This document shows positions 8,681 through 16,743 of a stretch of 35,603 nucleotides of DNA, one piece after another; positions within the stretch are counted from its first letter, which is position 1; each line of letters starts with the position of its first letter. Source of the DNA: an archaeon (lineage in GTDB: Archaea > Nanobdellota > Nanobdellia > Pacearchaeales > GW2011-AR1). The notes beneath the pieces were generated by a model. That model worked only from the letters and a program-made list of their open reading frames with translations. It was not told the origin of the DNA and searched no databases. The stretch covers positions 1 through 35,603 of the forward strand of contig JBDRNU010000017.1 of assembly GCA_043810775.1 (NCBI GenBank), written 5' to 3'. Both the position numbers and the translations under genes were made by a program.

Positions 8681-8986
8681 TTATATTTGAGAGTAATGAT
8701 TATAGCTTGGCAGCAAAAACTGAATAAAAGATATTACTATATAAACTATAAGAAAAGGCAGAACTATATTCTGAAGATACTGCAAAACTACATCTCCTAA
8801 ACTAGCACAGCAAACACAAGATTTTACAATTAAGTGGCTTGCATAATTATTAGTGCAATCAGGTTCACATACCTTGCACTGAATCTTTGAGTCAAGGAGA
8901 ATTTGAATTAATATCCACACTACTGTTAAAACCAAACTTACCAGCAGATTAATAAAATTAAGTCTTAAAAATCCTTTTTCTCTCAT
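8681..8986 (-). CDS. Hypothetical two-TM membrane protein with Cys-rich loop
   Basis: Two hydrophobic helices flank CKVCEPDC...CVCC; ATGA overlap with the aldolase gene. Confidence 0.65.
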   Translation of the reverse strand: MREKGFLRLNFINLLVSLVLTVVWILIQILLDSKIQCKVCEPDCTNNYASHLIVKSCVCCASLGDVVLQYLQNIVLPFLIVYIVISFIQFLLPSYNHYSQI

Positions 8987-9741
8987 TTTTTGAAAATAAT
9001 TCTCCTGATTTTATCTGCAACCTTGACTGGCTGTTTATCTTGCCATATGTTTCTTCCAACAGCCATTCCAATCGCACCACTTTCATTTATATCTTTAACC
9101 TGATTTAAAAAATATTTCTTATCTTTTTTAATTCCCCCAGCAATTACAACTTTTGCTTTCCCAGCTGACTTGACTGCCCACTTTAAGTCTTCTTTATTTC
9201 CATTATACTGAATCTTGATTATATCAGCTCCAATTTCTAATCCAGTTCTTGATGCATATGCCATTAATTCTTTGCTTGATTTATTCCTGATACTTTTGCC
9301 TCTTGGATAAATCCATGCAATTACTGGCAGCCCCTTATTATGCGCCTCTTTTTCAATTTTAGAAAATTCCTCCATCATTTCCTCTTCGTGTTTAGAGCCA
9401 ATATAAATTGTAAATCCCACTGCAGTGGCTCCTAGCTTAATTGCTTCTTCAACTGTTGCAATCTGTGCAGAAATAGGATCTCCTTTCACTAAGTTTGTCT
9501 TTCCATTAAGCTTTAAGATTAAAGGCACTTTTGATTTTTTTATTTCTTTGCTGTATTTTTCTGCAATGCCTTTCTGGAAAATTACAGCACTAAATTTTCC
9601 TTTCTTAGCTATATCTAAAATATATTTTGGATCAACACTCTTGTCATTAAAGTCGCTGGGTCCGTGCTCTAGCCCCTGGTCATAAGCTAGAAATAAGGCT
9701 TTTCCTTTTGTTGTAATTTTATTAAGGTTTACTTTTTTCAT
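8983..9741 (-). CDS. Class I fructose-bisphosphate aldolase (DhnA/FbaB family)
   Basis: LAYDQGLEHGP, WIYPRG, GADIIK (Schiff-base Lys), AGG and GRNIWQ. Confidence 0.9.
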   Translation of the reverse strand: MKKVNLNKITTKGKALFLAYDQGLEHGPSDFNDKSVDPKYILDIAKKGKFSAVIFQKGIAEKYSKEIKKSKVPLILKLNGKTNLVKGDPISAQIATVEEAIKLGATAVGFTIYIGSKHEEEMMEEFSKIEKEAHNKGLPVIAWIYPRGKSIRNKSSKELMAYASRTGLEIGADIIKIQYNGNKEDLKWAVKSAGKAKVVIAGGIKKDKKYFLNQVKDINESGAIGMAVGRNIWQDKQPVKVADKIRRIIFKK

Positions 9742-9923
9742 TTTAAATAAGTTTTAATAACAATATATGAATCAATCAAAAAACCCCCTATTCCAACTAA
9801 TAATAAAACCCAACTAATAAAATTTGTCTCTTTAAGCAAAGATAAAATAGCATAGATTATTACATATAAAAAAGCCAAAACTCCAAGTTTATCCATTTTA
9901 ACTGCAAATTTTTCAATTTTCAT
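9738..9923 (-). CDS. Small two-TM hypothetical membrane protein
   Basis: 61 aa, hydrophobic, with ATGA overlaps to both neighbours. Confidence 0.6.
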   Translation of the reverse strand: MKIEKFAVKMDKLGVLAFLYVIIYAILSLLKETNFISWVLLLVGIGGFLIDSYIVIKTYLK

Positions 9924-10492
9924 TTTTTTCTCTCCTTCATTAGTTTAGGAAAAATCCCCCCTGTAATTTTTATATAATCTTTATATTTTCTGCCAAAATT
10001 ATTAACTAATGATTTTTCCTCTTTGGGAATTTTGTAAATGTAAAAAGCAATCAATATTAATAAAGGGATTCCTGTAAAAAACCAGTTAGCTGTTAAAAAA
10101 ACAAAACCAATAAGCATTACAAAACTAGCACTGTAAATTGGATGCCTAATATACTTATATGGGCCCGTTCTGATTAATTTTTTAGATTTGTAAAATTTCT
10201 TTTCAATTACAGGGCTCCAATTCTCACCTAAATTTATATGAGCCCAGAAAATTAAAAATGATCCTATAAATATTAAAGAAAGTCCTATAAAAATTCTCAA
10301 ATAATAATTTAAGCTAAAATTAGCAAAATCTAAATAATTACTAAAATAAAGAATGAATAAGATTAGCAAAACTATATTTTTTGCCATTAATCTTGGTGTA
10401 AATTCATAATGTGAAGTAAATCTTGACCTTGCAATCAGAAATATTAAAACTAATGATAATACTATAAATTTCATTGCTAATTCAGGGTTCAT
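9920..10492 (-). CDS. Isoprenylcysteine carboxyl methyltransferase (ICMT/Ste14)-family membrane protein
   Basis: LGENWS, LIRTGPYKYIRHPIYS and EEKSL...FG..Y..Y. Confidence 0.88.
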   Translation of the reverse strand: MNPELAMKFIVLSLVLIFLIARSRFTSHYEFTPRLMAKNIVLLILFILYFSNYLDFANFSLNYYLRIFIGLSLIFIGSFLIFWAHINLGENWSPVIEKKFYKSKKLIRTGPYKYIRHPIYSASFVMLIGFVFLTANWFFTGIPLLILIAFYIYKIPKEEKSLVNNFGRKYKDYIKITGGIFPKLMKERKK

Positions 10493-11400
10493 CTCAGTCT
10501 CATCCTCAACAAGTTATTTTTAGCTCCAAAATATCTTATAACTGATTCACTTTCCATTAAGCCAAGCTTTAAACCCTCTTCAATACCCATGCCTGCAACC
10601 AATGATGCAACAAATCCACTGGCAAAAGCATCTCCTGCACCAGTTCTCTCAACAACCTTAACTTTATGAGGCATTAAATAATATCTTTTATTTCCATCAT
10701 AAGCTTCTATTCGCTTGTTTTTGTCAGTAATTACAACTATTCCTTTATCAGCTGTTAATCTTCTTAGCCCCAACAGCAAATCACCTTTTCCAGCAAGTAA
10801 TCTCGCTTCTTCTTTATTCATAATAATCACATCACATAATCTCACTAATCTTCCAAGTTTTTTCTTGCCATATTTCCTGATAATATACTCGCTTGGATTA
10901 TACACAATTTTAGTTCCTCTTTTCTTTAGAAATTCTGCAAGTTTTATCTGGCTTTGAAAACTCTCCCCTAATAAAGAAGTTAAATATAACCACTTAGTTT
11001 TAATTTTTCTAAATTTAATATCTTCTTGTTTTATTTTATTATTAATTCCCTTGTAAGTCAAAATAGTCCTGTCTCCACCCTTACTGTCTAATACAACTGA
11101 ATACCCGCTCATCTCCCTTACAGCTATTTTTCCCAAAAATCTCACTTTCTCCCTAAAAAACAAATCAAGAATTCCTCGCCCAGCTTCATCATCTCCTATC
11201 TTGCATATACACCCAGTTTTCAGTCCAAGTCTTGAAAAAGCAACAGCAGTATTAGTCCCACCCCCCCCAATATCCCACCTTAGGTTTTTAAGTAAAATTT
11301 TGCTCCCAACCTTGTAACTAATCATGCCTTTTTTCTCAGCAACATCAGTATCTACAAATAAGTCAACTACTGCGCTTCCAAAAGTTACTATGTCAAACAT
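10489..11400 (-). CDS. PfkB/ribokinase-family carbohydrate kinase
   Basis: Start placed at ATG 11400 (MFDIVTFGSAVVD); motifs GGGGTNTAVAFSRLG, NKEEA and ERTGAGDAFASG. Confidence 0.9.
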   Translation of the reverse strand: MFDIVTFGSAVVDLFVDTDVAEKKGMISYKVGSKILLKNLRWDIGGGGTNTAVAFSRLGLKTGCICKIGDDEAGRGILDLFFREKVRFLGKIAVREMSGYSVVLDSKGGDRTILTYKGINNKIKQEDIKFRKIKTKWLYLTSLLGESFQSQIKLAEFLKKRGTKIVYNPSEYIIRKYGKKKLGRLVRLCDVIIMNKEEARLLAGKGDLLLGLRRLTADKGIVVITDKNKRIEAYDGNKRYYLMPHKVKVVERTGAGDAFASGFVASLVAGMGIEEGLKLGLMESESVIRYFGAKNNLLRMRLR

Positions 11401-11530
11401 TTTATCCTCTTTTTCTAAGTTACTTAAGAAAAGGTAATTAATAAAACTTATGATTATAATTAACTCTCCAATAATTAAGAATGCTATCCACAACACAAAT
11501 TTTTATAAATACTTCTTGCTTAATCTAATC

Positions 11531-12124
11531 ATGAAAAAATTGGCAGTGATGATTTTTGCTATTTTAGTGAGTTTAAACTTTATTAGCGCATTTGGTTTTT
11601 CTCCACCCATACCAAACACATTTACTTTAAATCCGGGAAATTCAGCCAATTTTACTATGAGAGTTTATCCAGATGTAGATAGCAATTGTAGTTTTTATAT
11701 AACAGAAAATTCCCCTTTAGAGCTTGCCCTTCCATCTAGTTTTGTAGTATATTCTAATCAATCTTTTACAATTATTTATGGCTCTGTTAATGTACCTATT
11801 GGTTTAGCTCCTGGAAATTACACAGAAGTATTTTGTTTTGACAGCAAGCCTTTATTGGGAAATGTGGGGATTGGTGTCTGTGGATTAAAAATAACTGTTA
11901 TTGTTCCAGAACCTCCTATTCAGGATGCTGATGGGGATGGGATTCCAGATGAAGAAGATTTTTGCCCAGATACATCAGGAATAGCATTAAGCAAAGGCTG
12001 TTCTTGCGCACAAATTTTAGAGCTAAAACCAGGAAAAGACACAAAAGAAATTAACACTGGTTGTACTGAAAAAACAATTATAGCTTTTGATAATGGAATA
12101 AGTTGGGCTAAAAAATTATTTTAA
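11531..12124 (+). CDS. Secreted protein with Ig-like region and thrombospondin type-3 (Ca-binding) repeat
   Basis: Signal peptide MKKLAVMIFAILVSLNFISA from ATG 11531; beta-rich ...PGNY... region; DADGDGIPDEEDFCPDT; several N-x-S/T sequons. Confidence 0.7.
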   Translation: MKKLAVMIFAILVSLNFISAFGFSPPIPNTFTLNPGNSANFTMRVYPDVDSNCSFYITENSPLELALPSSFVVYSNQSFTIIYGSVNVPIGLAPGNYTEVFCFDSKPLLGNVGIGVCGLKITVIVPEPPIQDADGDGIPDEEDFCPDTSGIALSKGCSCAQILELKPGKDTKEINTGCTEKTIIAFDNGISWAKKLF

Positions 12125-13264
12125 AGCTTCAATTCCTACAAGCTTCTCTCCAGCAATGTACCTCAATAAAGCTCCTCCACTCAAGCTAATATATCCAAAC
12201 TTCTTAAAACTAATTCCAGACTTCCTGATAGTGTCAGCTAAATGCCCTCCCCCAATAACACTAAATCCTTTATTCTTGGAAATTGCCTTTAATATCTTCA
12301 TTGTTCCTCTAGAGAACCTCTTGTCACTCGAAAGTCCTGCTGGCCCTTTCATATAAATTGACTTCGCTTTTTTAATCTCATCAACATAATCTTCAATAGT
12401 TTCCTTGCCTATATCAAAAATCTCATAAATACTTGGAAATTCATCAATTTTTAACTCTCTTCTTTTTCCATGAACACTTACTGCAAAATCTCTAGGATAC
12501 TTGACATTTTTAAGTTTCTTCTTCAGCTTGCCAATAAGCTCCTTATTAATATACTTGTTTTCATACAAGTACTTATTTTGAGCGCCGAACCTCTTACCCT
12601 GTGCAATCAAGCAAGCCTGCCCAAATAACCCGCAAGCCAGTACTTTATTTCCTTTTAAAAGTTTAATGTCTTCTTCTGGCTTTGCCCCGCCTAGAATGTA
12701 CAAACTATTTTTCATCTTAATTTTATTCAAGGCTCTTAGCTCATATTCTAATAATCTTCCTCCGCAGCTTGGAAGATATTTTGGAAATAAGACCATAGAA
12801 GCATGCTTTCTGTGGCTGTTTGAAAAAGCATCATTTACATAAATATCAAACAAAGGGGCTATCTTTTTAATTAATTTATTTTCCCTGCCTTTTTCTGGCT
12901 TGTATTCATCTTTTTCCATACGGATATTTTCTAAAAGTAAAGCCTCTCCTTCCTCCAAACCCCTAATAGCCATTAAAGCCTTCATCCCAGTTATACTATC
13001 TACAAAATCAACTTTTGTAATTTTGCTAAGTAGTTTAGCATGCTGATCTAAACCAATAAAATCCTCTCTGCCAGGCCTGCCCTGATGGGCAATTATCACC
13101 ACCTTTGCTTTTTTCTTTTTCAACTCACTAATAGTATTTGAAGCAGCAATTATCCTCTCTGACATCACAACTTTCCCATTTACAACATTAGAATTCAAGT
13201 CTGCTCTAACTAAAACTCTCATACTATTAAAATCAAAATCATCTAAAGTTTTCAGCTTCCTCAT
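12116..13264 (-). CDS. pgk: Phosphoglycerate kinase
   Basis: VRADLNS, AHQGRPG, LLENIR, YVNDAFSNSHR, LGGAK, DIG, GGGH and SLSGGA. Confidence 0.95.
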   Translation of the reverse strand: MRKLKTLDDFDFNSMRVLVRADLNSNVVNGKVVMSERIIAASNTISELKKKKAKVVIIAHQGRPGREDFIGLDQHAKLLSKITKVDFVDSITGMKALMAIRGLEEGEALLLENIRMEKDEYKPEKGRENKLIKKIAPLFDIYVNDAFSNSHRKHASMVLFPKYLPSCGGRLLEYELRALNKIKMKNSLYILGGAKPEEDIKLLKGNKVLACGLFGQACLIAQGKRFGAQNKYLYENKYINKELIGKLKKKLKNVKYPRDFAVSVHGKRRELKIDEFPSIYEIFDIGKETIEDYVDEIKKAKSIYMKGPAGLSSDKRFSRGTMKILKAISKNKGFSVIGGGHLADTIRKSGISFKKFGYISLSGGALLRYIAGEKLVGIEALK

Positions 13265-13296
13265 TTTTACCTTTAAATTATAAGAAAAATAGTGTT

Positions 13297-13860
13297 TTAA
13301 ATCTTATGTAAAAATAGATTATAAATAAAGGCAATTAAACAAGAAATTAAATAAAAAACAATAAAAAACAATAGCAAATTTATAATTAAAGCTAAATAAC
13401 TTACAGGCTCATAATCCTTAATTTCGCCCAAAGAAAAAAGAGAGTTTATACCTTCTGCATCTAAATAAAGAGTCATCAGACAGTTATAACCTTCTTGAGA
13501 AATATAAAAACCACAAAAACCACTGCTTAGGAGGGAACACGGAACAGGATATAAAGGATCAACACGACTGATAATTTGATTGGAGATTAAAACAAAGGCA
13601 ATTTTAGTGTCACCAATCTCTTTCCTTTTTTCTTCAATTATATTAGAAAATTCTAATGTTTTTTGCACAAGCAACTCTGTATTATTCTGCTCAGTCAACA
13701 AGGTTCTTTGCTCATTAAAATCAGTCATCATACAGCTAAGTTCTCCAACAAAAGGAATCACCTTCATACTTGTAACAAAAACAATAATTAATAAAATAGT
13801 AATCATAATTGGTAATATTAATTTTCCAGCACTTGGCTTAATAAAATCTTTCCAATTCAT
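13297..13860 (-). CDS. Hypothetical two-TM membrane protein with Cys-containing extracytoplasmic loop
   Basis: MNWKDFIKP..K N-terminus, N- and C-terminal TM helices, and a YLISCLI tail. Confidence 0.7.
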   Translation of the reverse strand: MNWKDFIKPSAGKLILPIMITILLIIVFVTSMKVIPFVGELSCMMTDFNEQRTLLTEQNNTELLVQKTLEFSNIIEEKRKEIGDTKIAFVLISNQIISRVDPLYPVPCSLLSSGFCGFYISQEGYNCLMTLYLDAEGINSLFSLGEIKDYEPVSYLALIINLLLFFIVFYLISCLIAFIYNLFLHKI

Positions 13861-13861
13861 T

Positions 13862-14698
13862 TCATCTTTTCACTAATTTAATTTTAAACTTACTATCCCC
13901 AGGTTCATGCATACCTACCCTATATTCTTTTGCAGTTTTTGGAATTTTATGCATGCCCTTATTTAGATAATAATTATTATAATATCTCTTCTTTCCAATC
14001 ATCATCAAAACTTCCTGCCCTGATTCTTCTAATAAAGCCCCCCCGCCAAGCATGAAATTCTGCAAATCTCTAATCAGCAGTAAAACCAACACTAAAACAG
14101 TAGAAAGCAAAACGCTTATAATCTGTGAATATAAAACAGAAGTCTTTATATAAAAAATACTGAACAAAATTATGCCACTTAAAGCAAGAAGAATCACCCA
14201 CTGGCCATAACTCATTTTTTCATTATAAAGTGCAGCTGCCTGATTTCTTGCTTTCTCGATTTCAGTTAATTGCTCAAAAAGATATTCATTAGAAGAACTA
14301 TTTTTAACCTTTTTAATTTTTATAACTTCATCCCACATCTTCAAAAAATATTCAGAAGTTTCCTTATAACAATTACCTATAATAAAATCAAAAGCCACAA
14401 TATAAAAATTATCTATGCATTCTGCAATTTTTTTTGCAAAATTATCCCCATAAACTTGGGAGGTCTTATAAAAAGATAAAAACAAAGCATCCTCATCTGA
14501 AATTAACTCCCTTATTTTATCATACCTGCTGTTTAATCTTGAAATAAAAAATCCAGCTAAAATTGCGAACAAAAATGTGCTTATAGTTAAAATTAATGTA
14601 ACTTCATCATTAGGACCATATCCTGGGATAAAAATCACAATTGCTATAAAAAGAATAAATGCAATAATTGCTCCAGGCATAGAATAGATATATCTCAT
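13862..14698 (-). CDS. Four-TM membrane protein, DUF4239/bestrophin-like topology
   Basis: Two TM helices, a helical soluble region, then two TM helices ending IRDLQN; FAILAGF...E pattern. Confidence 0.55.
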   Translation of the reverse strand: MRYIYSMPGAIIAFILFIAIVIFIPGYGPNDEVTLILTISTFLFAILAGFFISRLNSRYDKIRELISDEDALFLSFYKTSQVYGDNFAKKIAECIDNFYIVAFDFIIGNCYKETSEYFLKMWDEVIKIKKVKNSSSNEYLFEQLTEIEKARNQAAALYNEKMSYGQWVILLALSGIILFSIFYIKTSVLYSQIISVLLSTVLVLVLLLIRDLQNFMLGGGALLEESGQEVLMMIGKKRYYNNYYLNKGMHKIPKTAKEYRVGMHEPGDSKFKIKLVKR

Positions 14699-15690
14699 TT
14701 TAACTTCTTCGCAAGCTCAACAAATTTTACACTATAACCATACTCATTATCATACCAAGCTAATACCTTAACAGAATTCCCTATAACTTGTGTATCTACT
14801 GCACTAAAAATTGAAATATGCTCATTTCTGATTATATCACTGGATACTAACTCCTCCTCACTATACTCTAAAACTCCTTTAAGCTTCTTCTTTGCAGCTT
14901 CTCTAAAAACAGCATTTACCTGTTCTCTTGTTACCTTGGTATTTAGTTCTGCAGTAAAATCAACAATGCTTCCACTGACAATAGGAACTCTTAAAGCCAA
15001 CCCATTCATCTTCCCTTCCATTTCAGGAATAACTTGACTAACCGCAGTTGTGGCTCCAGAAGTAGTGGGAACTATATTCACAGCAGCTGCTCTGCCTCTT
15101 CTTAACTTCTTGTCAGGCCTGTCAACAATTCCCTGAGTAGAAGTATAAGCATGAATAGTATTCATAAATCCCTTTCTAACCCCAAAGCTATCATTCAATA
15201 TTTTTACAACAGGCGCAAGGCAGTTTGTAGTGCAAGAAGCCATAGAAATTATCTGGTGCTCTTTTTTCAGCTTGTCATCATTAACTCCTAAAACAATAGT
15301 AATATCTGCCTCGCTTCCCTTGCATGGTGCAGAAACTAAAACTTTTTTTGCTCCAGACTTTAAGTGCTTGCTCGCCCCTATTCTGTCAGTAAAAAATCCG
15401 GTGCATTCCAAAACAACATCCACTCCCAAATCATACCAAGGCAGGTCAATAGGGTCCTTTTCAGCATAGACTTTTATTTTCTTCCCATTAACCTTCAAGA
15501 AACCCTCTCCATACTCAACATCTCTGTCATAATTTCCATAAACAGAATCATGCTTAATTAAATAAGCTAAAGTCTTAGTGTCAGTCAAGTCATTTATAGC
15601 CACAATATTCAACCCTTTTTCTAGTCCGATTTTCAAAACTAGCCTCCCTATCCTTCCTAAACCATTGATTGCAATTTTTTTTCTGAACAT
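14695..15690 (-). CDS. gap: Glyceraldehyde-3-phosphate dehydrogenase, type I (bacterial-type, probably NAD-dependent)
   Basis: INGLGRIGR, AINDL, ECTGFF, ASCTTNCLAP and WYDNEYGY. Start is ATG 15690 or TTG 15696. Confidence 0.95.
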   Translation of the reverse strand: MFRKKIAINGLGRIGRLVLKIGLEKGLNIVAINDLTDTKTLAYLIKHDSVYGNYDRDVEYGEGFLKVNGKKIKVYAEKDPIDLPWYDLGVDVVLECTGFFTDRIGASKHLKSGAKKVLVSAPCKGSEADITIVLGVNDDKLKKEHQIISMASCTTNCLAPVVKILNDSFGVRKGFMNTIHAYTSTQGIVDRPDKKLRRGRAAAVNIVPTTSGATTAVSQVIPEMEGKMNGLALRVPIVSGSIVDFTAELNTKVTREQVNAVFREAAKKKLKGVLEYSEEELVSSDIIRNEHISIFSAVDTQVIGNSVKVLAWYDNEYGYSVKFVELAKKLK

Positions 15691-15746
15691 TTTCAATCTC
15701 TTTTTCCTTTTAAATCAAGTAAAAGTTAATATTTAAATTTCACCTT

Positions 15747-16625
15747 TTAACCATGAAGTTTATCAATATTAGGGGTAGCTTCAGGGTCTTTTTTCTTTAG
15801 CTTGGCAAGATAATAGCTGATATACTCTCCTAACAACAACCCATAAAAAAGCCTTGCCAGCTCAGTTTTGCCTTTTAATTCAATTTTTTCAGCCTTGATA
15901 ATTTTCAGGGCTTTCTCAACCTCTTTATCTGCCTCCCCTAATAATAAGATACTAAAATCATCATAATCTATCTCAGCTTCAATTTCATTGTGATTTATCT
16001 CAGTGAAGTAATTGCAAAAAGCAGGAATCTTGCTTGTCTCATTTAAGTCAGTTTTCCATTTATAGGCAAGTGTTTTTAGTTTTTCAGAAGAAGAATAAAT
16101 AATAGGCGTTACTCCAAGCAATTCATCTACAAGTCCTTCAGCATCTTCTTCCTGAAAATTCCTAATAACTTTCAACACTTCATCAACATTTTCACCCTTT
16201 CCTAACAAAGTTAGCATTGCAAAAAACTGAAAAGGAATTGTCATTCTTGGCTCAAATCCTTTTGGAATTAAAATCTTTTTTTCTCTTGATTTTCCAAGCT
16301 TTCCACCAGAAGTAAAAACAACTATCTTAGACTTCTGCTTTTTCAGGCCCTGGTAAATCTTTATAGTCTCCCTAGTATTGCCAGAATAACTGACTATAAA
16401 AGCCAGAGTTTTTCTGTCTGCTCTAGGCACAATATTATTAACAGTAATTATGGGAATTTCAAGTTTATCCAATAAATAATCCCTAAGAAGATTGCCGGCA
16501 ATCCCACTGCCGCCAATTCCTGCAATTATAATCTTATTTATGCCTTTCAAACTAACTCTTTCCTTTATAATTGAAGCTTCCTGAACTAGTTGTGGAAAAC
16601 TTGTAAGCTGTTTCTCAATTATCAT
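15747..16625 (-). CDS. Bifunctional phosphoglucose/phosphomannose isomerase (SIS domain)
   Basis: GIGGSG, SYSGNTRET, TSGGKL, EPR, K...NE.SK and EINHNEIE. Confidence 0.88.
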   Translation of the reverse strand: MIIEKQLTSFPQLVQEASIIKERVSLKGINKIIIAGIGGSGIAGNLLRDYLLDKLEIPIITVNNIVPRADRKTLAFIVSYSGNTRETIKIYQGLKKQKSKIVVFTSGGKLGKSREKKILIPKGFEPRMTIPFQFFAMLTLLGKGENVDEVLKVIRNFQEEDAEGLVDELLGVTPIIYSSSEKLKTLAYKWKTDLNETSKIPAFCNYFTEINHNEIEAEIDYDDFSILLLGEADKEVEKALKIIKAEKIELKGKTELARLFYGLLLGEYISYYLAKLKKKDPEATPNIDKLHG

Positions 16626-16743
16626 CTTCTTCCTCTTTTATAATTAGCCTAGGTTTTTTTGGCTTAAATATCTTGCGATAGAAAAAACATAAGAATTATA
16701 AAGTTTAGAATTTATTAATCTATGTAGAAAAGGGCCGCTTGAA

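Noticed and set aside
11261-11268. C8 homopolymer in the PfkB gene as a phase-variation site
   Set aside because: It encodes the conserved in-frame GGGG motif and the ORF is intact.
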